A stretch of DNA of 64,000 nt from an uncultured cyanobacterium (lineage in GTDB: Bacteria; Cyanobacteriota; Cyanobacteriia; Cyanobacteriales; Nostocaceae): NCBI GenBank assembly GCA_963706595.1, contig OY970166.1, forward strand, positions 2,688,001-2,752,000, read 5' to 3'. A program made the translations under genes and the position numbers. The first letter of the stretch is position 1; every line of letters starts with the position of its first letter. This document shows positions 12,271 to 21,513 of the stretch, in pieces. Under the pieces are notes generated by a model. The model was not told the origin of the DNA. It did no database searches and saw only the letters and a program-made list of their open reading frames with translations.

Positions 12271-14685
12271 GTGAATAAAATAGCAACAAATCTAGACCTA
12301 GCCAATGTAGATTATACTGATTTATTAACAAAAATTTTATTGGTATTACAGAAACCAAATCAGAAAATATTTAAACTTTCTGATGATAAAAAACGGTTAC
12401 GAATCAATATTAATCAGGTAGCTAGTGAAGTTGCTAATTTACAGGTAGAAAATCCTTTGGGAGCATCTTCTAACAGCGTGCGTTCTGCTACTGTAAATAT
12501 TAGCCCAGGTTCTGAAGAAAACTTTCGGACTCAAATTCATGCAATTAAAGATTGTGTTCAGAAAATATTAAAATCATCATTAGTAAATAATCAATCAATA
12601 GAGGAATTTATTAGCAATCTAATTACAGATTTGCAGACATTCAAAGGAACAACAGCTAAATTAGACTTTACTTATCCTTTTAAACCTTATGACAATCTGC
12701 AAAAGCAACGGTTAACATTTAATAAAAAAAATCCTGAAAACAGAGAATTGCTAAAAGTTCATAAACTAACTATTTCTGTCCAGAAAACCCGTAATTTTGA
12801 TGCAGAATTGCGAAAGGGGTTAGAAAATTATATTCGGATTAAATTTGCAGGTGCAAATGCTGAAGACAAACAGGACGTAGAATACATTCTTGAAGATTTA
12901 GAAAAAGATCAAAATTCCGACCTTTTCCGGTTACGAGATATTGTCAACAAAGAAACATTAGGGAAACTCAAGAAACAAGCACAGATAAATTATTTAGAGT
13001 TTCTCCTAGAAAATATTAACACTAAGACTAGCAACCTAAATACCGCAGGTGCTATATATTTACAAGATTTGATTAGAAGACTAAGACTTATAGAAGAATA
13101 TATTAATGATAGTAACAAAGCTGATGGTGATTACCTCGTCAACTATGCAGGTGCTGAAGTTAATTATAAAGATGTCTTTTCTCGTGGTGAAGCATTTAAT
13201 ATGCTCCCAATTATTCCCATAGTAGAAGGTTTTTTAGGAGAAACAAAAGATGAAAATCGGGGAGAAATTCAATTTGTATTTGGACTCAAATTGAAATTTG
13301 ATGGAAAAGTTCATACTGACGGTGGTAAAAGCGTTTTTGAATCTCGTCTCAATATCCTGAACCCAGATAGTAAAGAACATCAAGATGCACTTGAAGATCC
13401 TTTACAACGAGAATCATTTGCAAAAAAAGTCTTAAGAATAGCGTTTTTGTATTACTTTCTATTTGAGTCACGTCAAGATCCAAAAAAAGATGACTACAAC
13501 TCAAATGATGAATTAAAATATGATCCTATAGCAGGATTTGAACAAGGAGTAATATCAATCCTGAAAGGTTCTGATGATACAGCCAAACAGGAATTATTAC
13601 GGAAAATTATACAAGATTTTACTGAATTTAATGTTCAGTTTAAAATCAATCGTCTCAAAGGTGTGCTGCAAAATCTCCTGAAGCGCAAAACTTCTTTCCC
13701 TACAAGAGAGTATCCTGTACATATTTCTGTAAAAAACGGCATCCTTGAAGAAGATACCCGGAATATTTTTAATAACAATACTTTTTTCAAACCTGTTCTC
13801 AAAAAAAATCCTAAAGAAGTTTTAAAATACATATCTCTCGGAAAACCAAATACAGAAACAAATTCTCTTTGTACCCTACCAGCTAACGTTACTATTAATG
13901 ACATTCACTTTTTTGCTACAGATGATCAAGAAACCTTTAACATGGAATATGATTTAACTGGTATTCGTACATTACCAGTGATTTTTGCCCCTTTAAAGGA
14001 TCAGAGATGTTTAAAAATTTACACTCAACATTTCACAAACCGGCAATTTTTATTATTTCCCTATCGTTTAGAAGAGCAAAAACTAGAAACTTCTCAGGCT
14101 TTTGTTTATAAATTTACTTATGGTTTGCTTGCTTATATCTGTCTCAAACTTTTATTAGACAAGCAAAAAAGATTATTCATTCCCATTTTAAGATTACATC
14201 TGCATGGTAAAGATGATGATGCACCGATAGAAAAATTTATAGTTTCTTTATCTGCTGTATTATCTCATTTATTCAACGAAACACATCGTGCTAATTACCA
14301 GGGATTTGATATTAGAGAGTTTGGATATAAAATTGCTAATACCATGAGTTCTTTATACTCTGTTTTACCCAAAAAGTTCACTTTTAATAGTTCTTTAAAA
14401 TCTCCCCAATTAGACAAACTAGCCATTATTATTGTCTCCAGTCGTGAAAGTGATCGGGGGTGGAGTGGTTCTGGAAAAATCTCAAACTTAATGGGAGAAA
14501 TTATCGGTGTAACCCTGAAAGATAATGCTGTAAAATTCCAGTTACCTACAACTTTTTCTGACAACTATAACGACCAACAAATGTTTAAAGAACCTAGCAT
14601 TATTATTGATAAAGTGACTGAACTTTATAAGTTAGGATTCAAGCATATTGTCTATATTGCGAAAGCACCTTATACCAGCACATGA
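12271..14685 (+). CDS. putative divergent Argonaute-like protein, N-terminal part (unknown N region, MID-like, first half of PIWI-like)
   Basis: 804-aa ORF; ANYQGFD...IANTMSSLY resembles the MID Q/N pattern, followed by RNase H-like strand/helix pattern LAIIIVSS, LMGEIIGV, IIIDKVTELY, KHIVYIAK (by eye). Confidence 0.55.
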   Translation: MNKIATNLDLANVDYTDLLTKILLVLQKPNQKIFKLSDDKKRLRININQVASEVANLQVENPLGASSNSVRSATVNISPGSEENFRTQIHAIKDCVQKILKSSLVNNQSIEEFISNLITDLQTFKGTTAKLDFTYPFKPYDNLQKQRLTFNKKNPENRELLKVHKLTISVQKTRNFDAELRKGLENYIRIKFAGANAEDKQDVEYILEDLEKDQNSDLFRLRDIVNKETLGKLKKQAQINYLEFLLENINTKTSNLNTAGAIYLQDLIRRLRLIEEYINDSNKADGDYLVNYAGAEVNYKDVFSRGEAFNMLPIIPIVEGFLGETKDENRGEIQFVFGLKLKFDGKVHTDGGKSVFESRLNILNPDSKEHQDALEDPLQRESFAKKVLRIAFLYYFLFESRQDPKKDDYNSNDELKYDPIAGFEQGVISILKGSDDTAKQELLRKIIQDFTEFNVQFKINRLKGVLQNLLKRKTSFPTREYPVHISVKNGILEEDTRNIFNNNTFFKPVLKKNPKEVLKYISLGKPNTETNSLCTLPANVTINDIHFFATDDQETFNMEYDLTGIRTLPVIFAPLKDQRCLKIYTQHFTNRQFLLFPYRLEEQKLETSQAFVYKFTYGLLAYICLKLLLDKQKRLFIPILRLHLHGKDDDAPIEKFIVSLSAVLSHLFNETHRANYQGFDIREFGYKIANTMSSLYSVLPKKFTFNSSLKSPQLDKLAIIIVSSRESDRGWSGSGKISNLMGEIIGVTLKDNAVKFQLPTTFSDNYNDQQMFKEPSIIIDKVTELYKLGFKHIVYIAKAPYTST

Positions 14686-15257
14686 CACAGACAGAAGATG
14701 ATGGTCTTTTCTTCATGTCAAGAGATGTAATTAGAGGGTTAAAATCTGAATATCGTGATATCAAAATCTATCCCATGTTTTTTGATAAATACTATGCAGT
14801 TAAACTAGAAAATATTCAAGCAAGTTCTTTGTACATTCAAGATACAGCAGAACTAACAAATTTACTCGAAGATCCTAGCAAAAGATCGGTTGTATTTTTC
14901 AACCTTTTTAATGGAATGAAGGTAGGTAAAGAAGAAGAAAGATATTACAGAGGTGTGATTTCTTATGCGACGCTGTTAAATATTTATCAAGGAATTCTTG
15001 ACGATGAAGATATTGACAAAGGACTTATTTTTGACGGTTCATTAAAAAATGATATCTTACAGTATTTGACTTTATTTCACTTCTCCCGCTACCAAAAAGC
15101 CGACAAACAAATTCATATTAAACTAGATCCCTACGACAATTTGATTGGAGATAAATCCGTTGGTAAACTTTCTTTAATTAATCATTTTAAAGGAAAAGGA
15201 GTATTTAACTCTTTAGCATTTTTAACTTTGGTAAGAACAATTTTAAACGCAGAGTAA
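14682..15257 (+). CDS. putative Argonaute-like protein, C-terminal half of PIWI-like domain (probably one gene with the previous ORF)
   Basis: ATGA overlap; IKIYPMFFD strand and DILQYLTLFHFSRY...KLDPY resemble the PIWI C-terminal Lt.l.w...lP segment. Confidence 0.55.
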   Translation: MTQTEDDGLFFMSRDVIRGLKSEYRDIKIYPMFFDKYYAVKLENIQASSLYIQDTAELTNLLEDPSKRSVVFFNLFNGMKVGKEEERYYRGVISYATLLNIYQGILDDEDIDKGLIFDGSLKNDILQYLTLFHFSRYQKADKQIHIKLDPYDNLIGDKSVGKLSLINHFKGKGVFNSLAFLTLVRTILNAE

Positions 15258-15320
15258 CCCACAGGAACTCTTATATATTTAAACCTACATGGAGATTAAA
15301 ATGAAATCCAAAATAGACAC

Positions 15321-15399
15321 GTAGGGTGCGTTAGCGGTAGCGTAACGCACCAAAACTTTAATAATAGTGCGTTACGGATTTTATCCTAACGCACCCTAC
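15321..15399. repeat. GTAG-type REP doublet (REPIN-like)
   Basis: GTAGGGTGCGTTAG ... CTAACGCACCCTAC inverted ends, each arm a hairpin. Confidence 0.85.
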
Positions 15400-15503
15400 T
15401 GGTGTGACAAGCTTAAAATAGTGCATTAGGTAAAAGCAGAAAACATTGATTTATCTCAATTTTCTCAAAAATCTATTGCAACATTTTAGCCTTGTCACGC
15501 CAC
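15399..15503. mobile_element. 105-bp MITE with TA target duplication
   Basis: TGGTGTGACAAGCTTAAAAT versus reverse complement of ATTTTAGCCTTGTCACGCCA match 17/20; TA on both sides (15397-98, 15504-05). Confidence 0.75.
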
Positions 15504-15526
15504 TACAATAATATATGGAGGTTAAT

Positions 15527-18500
15527 ATGAAATCCAAAATAGCCGAAGATTTAGGCCGTTTGTTTGAAGTAGGTTTTAATATTGGGGTTCTTGCTTACAT
15601 TGAAGAACATAAAATTAAACACAAATTTGGTGATTTATATCGTCAGGAATTGGAACAGTTAAAGTTATCAAAAATTCAGCAGCGAGTGGTTGATAAATTT
15701 ATCAGCACTGTCCAAAAAGATATGGCTAAAAATTGGAGTATATTTTTTATTCAAAAGGGTTTTTTAAGTGGTTTTAATTTCTTTCGAGAATACATCAAAT
15801 CTACAGGTTGGGATAAACCACATAAATTACCAAATGTGGAAATACTATATTATCAATGTCGGTTTAATGGTGATAATAGTATTGGTACTTATGACACCAA
15901 AGATGATTGTCAGTGGTTTAGTGAAGTATTATCTCAATTTGAGAATTTAGATAATATCCCTCAATATATGACAAGGTATAAGAAAAAAGGCGAATTTCTC
16001 AACGCAGATACTTTGATTTTATTACGTCATAGAAAAGAGTATCGAGTTATTTGTGTTGATTTGTCAGTGTTTTCTATCAACTCTAATGAAGATGTTGAAG
16101 ATATTGATTATATAGAAATTATCCGCAGGTTATTAATGCGGGATATTAGCTATTTACGTTCAAAAAGCTTCTTTTCTAATCTTCGTATTGATACTGAATC
16201 TTTAGGTTTAGAATTTTCAGAAGGTTTAAAGACATACTTTACTGCTTTTAAATATAGAGATAAAGAAAGTACCAAATCAATTCAAGCTGCTTCTTATCTC
16301 CATAGTTTCGATGAATTTCTCCAAAAAACCGCTATTCTCCCAGATACAGCCAATGTGGTCTTTAATTCCATAGGATATAGCGATCGCGGAATTAGCACAA
16401 TATCTATTCAACGGAAAAATGTAGATATTTTGAAAACCTGCTATCAAATTTATAAACATGATTCCAGTCCTCAAGAAATTCCCCAAGCACGTAAGGAGGT
16501 TTTAAATAAAATTAAAAGCAGTGCTAACCGGAGTTTTGAACGTGGTAAAGATTTTGTTGATTCGCTTTTAGCAATTCCTGCTGATAAGATTACCCTTTTA
16601 CCTCGTCATACAGAGAAAATTACTGGATTCATGAATTCTGTGGGACAAGTTCCTTCAGAATTGATGAAAGAATTAGGGTTAACTGGAAGCATGAAATTAA
16701 GAGATGCTCATGCTGAATTAATTAAAAAAGCTCTAGTTTCTCCATCTACTTATATATTCTTAACTGGAAATCCCGGAATTGGTAAAACCACCGCAATTGT
16801 TGATTTTTTGAAAGCACATATAGATGAAGGTTTTCTCTTCTTTTATGTCAGTCCTCGCAAACAAGTTAATCTGGATATTATCGAAAAATTTAAAGATAAA
16901 AATACGGGAAAATTATCTGATAACAAGTTATTAGCTATAAACACCAATAGCAACATCATGACAGATAACCCTGGACGTTACACAGTTCAATACACCTCTA
17001 ACCAACGTCAAGGAAAATTTAGGGAAAAAGCTGTTGACTTTCTCGATAGTAGAGATATTGAACAAAAAGCCAAACGTTCGGACAGACTCAAGCGAACAAA
17101 AGAAGATGTAATTCAAGATATTGGACAAAAAAAGCTGGGTGTTTTAAATAGTATTTGTGAAGCTATATCCACAATTATAGAACGAAAAACTTCAAATAAT
17201 ATTATAGCTACTGCTTCTATTCAAGCCTTAAAAATGACTGATGCTGGTAACACATTAAAGCATTTTGATAAAATATTTAGAAATGCTTACAATACCCCAG
17301 AAGGTAAAGTTTTACCTCAAAAAATGCAAGAAATATCTGGGAGAATTAAACACTTATTTATCATGATTGATGAAATTACAGGTGATGATGGAGGTGTGGA
17401 GTTCTTAAATGGAATTCATCAGATAATAGAGAAGTATCAATTAATGGATTCTCAGCATGGTTTTAATACTAAAGTAATTGTTGCTGATGCTTCTATTGTT
17501 GATAAAAATGTGATTATTCAACATCTATCTGATACCTCCCCAGAACCAGATAAAATATATTTCCGTCGCGCTGTAGATATTGCTGAACCTCTTTCTATTC
17601 AGTCATTAATCTTTAAAGGTTTAGAATCAACTGTTATTAATACAAACTCCTACCCAGCTAATAGTTTATCTATAAGTTATCAAGTATTAGTTGAATCTTG
17701 TAAATTTAGTGAAGAAGCGGGATTAAAGCAAAAATATAATTTACAATCTGGGTTACAAACTGAGATTTTAAAAGATATTGAATCTCTCCTTCATCGGTCA
17801 GATGTTGAACAAGTAATAGTTTATATTCAAAACAAACGCAAATTAGCAGAATTGATTGATAAAATTCAGCAACACCGAGGAAAATTTGAGAAATTTACAG
17901 ATTATTTAGAAATTCATGCAAATATTTCTGAAGATGAAAAGAAAGAAATTCAAAAATTTCAAGAAAATGTCAAAGTCATTTTTATGACTGCTTCAGGAAG
18001 TCGCGGTTTATCTTTTCCTAAAGCTAAACATATTTTGGTAGAAATTCCCAAATTTGAAATTGAAAAAAACCTGATGGAAATAATCCAGGTTATTTATAGA
18101 GGTCGAGGAAATGAGAATATAGATAATCAGGATAAAGAACTAATTTTTTACTTAGCAGAACGAGCAGTTTATTATCAAGATGACCCAGAAATATCTTTAC
18201 AAGAAAGTGTGTTGAGTCTGTTAAATATATTATTGATTTTAAAAGCTTCTATCATGACCAGAATTTTTGGTTATGGTCGCATAGGTCGGGATAATTTTAT
18301 TCTGATTCCTATCGGTGGAAAATCTATTTTTGCTGCTGGGGAGACATTTTCCGCTCAAATGGTCAGCCTTATTCGTCAATTAAAAACAGAATCTCAGTAC
18401 AAGAAAAGTGATATTTTGTTGAAACAAGTTTATACAAACTTAGAAAACCTATTAGGACGTGCAGATTTTGTGATTCAAAATGCAACGGAATCTAATTATT

Positions 18501-19138
18501 TAGCACTAAGGGAATCTTTTAACAACAAGTTTGCAGAAATTTCTCATACTCTAGATAAGTTACTAGATTTTGGTAAAATTGAACCTGGTTACATTAGTGG
18601 AGGTTTATTAGTAGTTCCTATTGCTAATAATAAGTTAGAAGAAACTTATCAAATGCGACTAGCTGATATCACAAGCTACGCTAATGAGGAACTATGGAAA
18701 AATATGCACGAAATTATCCGTCGTAAATCTGCTTATCCAGAAAATTTACGATTTGCGATTAAAGATGCTATAGAATTAGTAAAAAAGTTAAGAGACGGAA
18801 TAGAAAAAACACAAAAACTTGAACAGACTAGTCAACACACGGATCAATATTACGCTTTACCATTATTTGCGTTTATTAGCGGTGAAGTCATGCAAGAATA
18901 CTTTGAGAGTAAACCAGAAGAACCAGAAGATCAGCGTTTTAAAGATATTCTATCTACATATATTCGTTCATTATACCCAGTCGGTAATATTTTACCCATA
19001 GGCCATAATTATCAAGAATTTCCCTTTGTCGTGTTTAGAAGTTATAGCTTAGAAGAAATTAGAAATAAGTTGTTTACAGAAAAATATCTGTTAAATTCTC
19101 AGGAATTAAATGTCCTCAATTTGATTCTTTCTTGTTAA
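15527..19138 (+). CDS. SF2 helicase with putative N-terminal PD-(D/E)xK-like nuclease domain
   Basis: Walker A GNPGIGKTT, Ia YVSPRKQV, Walker B MIDEITGD, V TASGSRGLSFP, VI QVIYRGRG; N-terminal FEVG..NADTLILL..VICVDLS..QAASY; GGAGG RBS at 15517 favours ATG 15527. Confidence 0.85.
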   Translation: MKSKIAEDLGRLFEVGFNIGVLAYIEEHKIKHKFGDLYRQELEQLKLSKIQQRVVDKFISTVQKDMAKNWSIFFIQKGFLSGFNFFREYIKSTGWDKPHKLPNVEILYYQCRFNGDNSIGTYDTKDDCQWFSEVLSQFENLDNIPQYMTRYKKKGEFLNADTLILLRHRKEYRVICVDLSVFSINSNEDVEDIDYIEIIRRLLMRDISYLRSKSFFSNLRIDTESLGLEFSEGLKTYFTAFKYRDKESTKSIQAASYLHSFDEFLQKTAILPDTANVVFNSIGYSDRGISTISIQRKNVDILKTCYQIYKHDSSPQEIPQARKEVLNKIKSSANRSFERGKDFVDSLLAIPADKITLLPRHTEKITGFMNSVGQVPSELMKELGLTGSMKLRDAHAELIKKALVSPSTYIFLTGNPGIGKTTAIVDFLKAHIDEGFLFFYVSPRKQVNLDIIEKFKDKNTGKLSDNKLLAINTNSNIMTDNPGRYTVQYTSNQRQGKFREKAVDFLDSRDIEQKAKRSDRLKRTKEDVIQDIGQKKLGVLNSICEAISTIIERKTSNNIIATASIQALKMTDAGNTLKHFDKIFRNAYNTPEGKVLPQKMQEISGRIKHLFIMIDEITGDDGGVEFLNGIHQIIEKYQLMDSQHGFNTKVIVADASIVDKNVIIQHLSDTSPEPDKIYFRRAVDIAEPLSIQSLIFKGLESTVINTNSYPANSLSISYQVLVESCKFSEEAGLKQKYNLQSGLQTEILKDIESLLHRSDVEQVIVYIQNKRKLAELIDKIQQHRGKFEKFTDYLEIHANISEDEKKEIQKFQENVKVIFMTASGSRGLSFPKAKHILVEIPKFEIEKNLMEIIQVIYRGRGNENIDNQDKELIFYLAERAVYYQDDPEISLQESVLSLLNILLILKASIMTRIFGYGRIGRDNFILIPIGGKSIFAAGETFSAQMVSLIRQLKTESQYKKSDILLKQVYTNLENLLGRADFVIQNATESNYLALRESFNNKFAEISHTLDKLLDFGKIEPGYISGGLLVVPIANNKLEETYQMRLADITSYANEELWKNMHEIIRRKSAYPENLRFAIKDAIELVKKLRDGIEKTQKLEQTSQHTDQYYALPLFAFISGEVMQEYFESKPEEPEDQRFKDILSTYIRSLYPVGNILPIGHNYQEFPFVVFRSYSLEEIRNKLFTEKYLLNSQELNVLNLILSC

Positions 19139-19170
19139 AGATTTTCTCGCATTTAAAGAGGTGAAAGCTA

Positions 19171-19199
19171 TTGACACCGACCAGAAAGTTTGTCATAAT
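19171..19199 (+). promoter_or_regulatory. near-consensus sigma70 promoter with no downstream long ORF
   Basis: TTGACA-17 nt-CATAAT with extended -10 TGn. Confidence 0.6.
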
Positions 19200-19205
19200 A
19201 TAATT

Positions 19206-19296
19206 GACGAGGAAGAACTATCTTATATGTATAAGTATAGCTTGACAAAGCTGCAAAACTTTATCTAGGGGTTACTTATACCCCTAGATGTAGACT
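19206..19296 (+). ncRNA. candidate structured small RNA (or 13-codon micro-ORF transcript)
   Basis: follows the promoter; hairpins CTTAT/ATAAG, AGCTT/AAGCT and a perfect 10-bp stem ATCTAGGGGT/ACCCCTAGAT. Confidence 0.35.
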
Positions 19297-20811
19297 TCAT
19301 CGCAAACAACGAATTGCGATTAACAGCCCTCGCGCCTTATTCAAAGTCTCCTCATATTCCTTCTCAGGTTCAGAATCAGCCACCAAACCTGCACCAGCTT
19401 GGACAGTTACAGTATTATTCTGCAATACCATTGTGCGAATGGCGATCGCACTATTCAATTGTCCTTCAAAATCATAATAACCATAGACACCAGAATAAAC
19501 ACCCCGGCGAGTCGGTTCTAACTCATTGATAATTTCCATCGCCCGAATTTTAGGCGCACCACTCACAGTTCCCGCAGGAAAACAAGCTTTGAGTAAATCC
19601 CAAGCCGTTTTATCTGGTGCTAACTTACCCACCACATTACTCACAATGTGCATCACATGAGAATAACGCTCAACGATCATTAATTCATCAACTTTGACAC
19701 TACCACTTTCACAAACCCGCCCCAAATCGTTCCGCCCTAAATCAACCAACATCACGTGTTCCGCAGTTTCCTTGGGGTCTTGGAGTAAATCCTCTGCAAA
19801 GGCTGCATCCTCCTTCGTGGTTTTACCCCGTGGACGTGTTCCCGCAATGGGGCGGACTGTGGCTAATACCCCACCATCTCCATCCCGTTCGGCTTTGACC
19901 ATTACCTCTGGACTGGAACCGATAATTTGCCAATCTTGGAAGTTAAAGAAAGCCATGTAAGGCGAAGGATTTATCTGGCGCAGGGAACGATAAAGCGCAA
20001 AGGGGTCGCCTGTATATTCTGTTGATAAACGCTGGGAAATTACTACTTGGAAAATATCACCAGCTTTAATATATTCTTTAGCCTTTTCCACACTGGCGCA
20101 AAATTCTGGGCGAGTGAAGTTGCTGGTATATTCCTCTATTCCCCCGACATTCTGCGTTCCTGGGGGAGTCCATTCTAAAATAGTTTTTTGTGGTGATACT
20201 GGTAAAGATAACTTACACAGCATCTGGGTAACGCGATCGCACGCTTGTTCATAAGCCTGTTGCAAATTCACTTCTGGATCACGTAAATCTGCATAGGCGA
20301 TCGCCCAAATTTTCCGCTTCACCTGGTCAAAAATCAACAGGTGGTCTACCTGCATCCATAATCCATCAGGGATATTACGCTCATCTTGTGGATGAATTGG
20401 CACACGTGGCTCAATCCAGCGAATCAATTCATAGCCCCAAAATCCAAACAATCCGCCAATTCCTGGTGGTAGTTGGGGTAAAGTAACCGGTTTAAAAGGT
20501 TCCAGACATTCGGCTAAAGCTGTAAACGGGTCGCCTGCAAAAACAACTTCTGAACCGTCTCGATGTGTCTGAGTTGTAGTGTCACCCCTTGCGGATAAAA
20601 TCCATAGGGGATTGCAACCCAATAAACTATAACGTCCGATTTTTTCCCCGCCTTCCACCGATTCCAGCAAAAAACTATAAGGCTGACCAGCACAAACTTT
20701 ATACCAAGCTGACACAGGCGTATCTAGGTCTGCGACCCATTCTTGATACACTGGCACAAAATTACCTTGTAAAGCTAGCTGCGAAAAATCAGAAAAATCG
20801 GGAAACATCAT
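19297..20811 (-). CDS. trpE: anthranilate synthase component I
   Basis: LLESVEGG, GDIFQVV, SSPE, PIAGTR, EHVMLVDLGRND, GAPKIRAM. Confidence 0.97.
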   Translation of the reverse strand: MMFPDFSDFSQLALQGNFVPVYQEWVADLDTPVSAWYKVCAGQPYSFLLESVEGGEKIGRYSLLGCNPLWILSARGDTTTQTHRDGSEVVFAGDPFTALAECLEPFKPVTLPQLPPGIGGLFGFWGYELIRWIEPRVPIHPQDERNIPDGLWMQVDHLLIFDQVKRKIWAIAYADLRDPEVNLQQAYEQACDRVTQMLCKLSLPVSPQKTILEWTPPGTQNVGGIEEYTSNFTRPEFCASVEKAKEYIKAGDIFQVVISQRLSTEYTGDPFALYRSLRQINPSPYMAFFNFQDWQIIGSSPEVMVKAERDGDGGVLATVRPIAGTRPRGKTTKEDAAFAEDLLQDPKETAEHVMLVDLGRNDLGRVCESGSVKVDELMIVERYSHVMHIVSNVVGKLAPDKTAWDLLKACFPAGTVSGAPKIRAMEIINELEPTRRGVYSGVYGYYDFEGQLNSAIAIRTMVLQNNTVTVQAGAGLVADSEPEKEYEETLNKARGLLIAIRCLR

Positions 20812-20949
20812 AGGATTTAGGGAATGGGGAAATTAGAGAATGGGGAATGGGGAAATTAGAGAAGGGAAAATGGAAAATTGGGTATCAAATTTGTCCCCTT
20901 CCTTTCGCTACTCCCTACTCCCTACTCCCTACTCCCCACTTTCTAGCGT

Positions 20950-21369
20950 CTAAGCATCGTGGGTAGCTTTACCACTAAACTTAAGTTTTGCGGGACTGGG
21001 GTTTTCCCCAATGCTACGAGGTACATGACGTACTTTTTCGCGTCCTGCGTTCACTTTTTCTGGGAAGACACCATCAGCCGGGTGAATGAAAGTGGTTTCT
21101 CCAGAGGGTAAAATCCGGTAAATTTTGTAATCTGTGATTTTAAATTTACGGAGTTGACCGCCCAATGCGATACCATATTCTTTACGCGCTATGTATAGCA
21201 GGTTTTCGCCTTTGAGCATAGTGGCCGAACCACCTGTAGGCATTTCAAAAACTTGCTCTTTGGGGCTTGTCCAAGTGATAGCGTACTTTTCTTCTTCTTT
21301 TGCTTTGGTCAGCAAACCGCCAGTGCTGCCACCAAATAGCGGAGTTTGTCCAGAAAGTGTTTCTGCCAT
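20950..21369 (-). CDS. psaD: photosystem I subunit II
   Basis: [34 protein letters not shown]. Confidence 0.99.
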   Translation of the reverse strand: MAETLSGQTPLFGGSTGGLLTKAKEEEKYAITWTSPKEQVFEMPTGGSATMLKGENLLYIARKEYGIALGGQLRKFKITDYKIYRILPSGETTFIHPADGVFPEKVNAGREKVRHVPRSIGENPSPAKLKFSGKATHDA

Positions 21370-21513
21370 AAAGGTGTCTCTCTCTCAACGTTTTTACGGC
21401 ATCCTAACACTGCCAACATGATCTTATGGCGATCGCGTCATAGACTGTAACAGTTTTTAGTCATTAGACTTATCTGAAAACAGCGTGCTTCTATTGGTGG
21501 TTGCGGGTTCGAG

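Noticed and set aside
15527..19138. Cas3 or type I/III restriction helicase assignment
   Set aside because: No HD domain, no cas genes or array, no adjacent methyltransferase or specificity subunit
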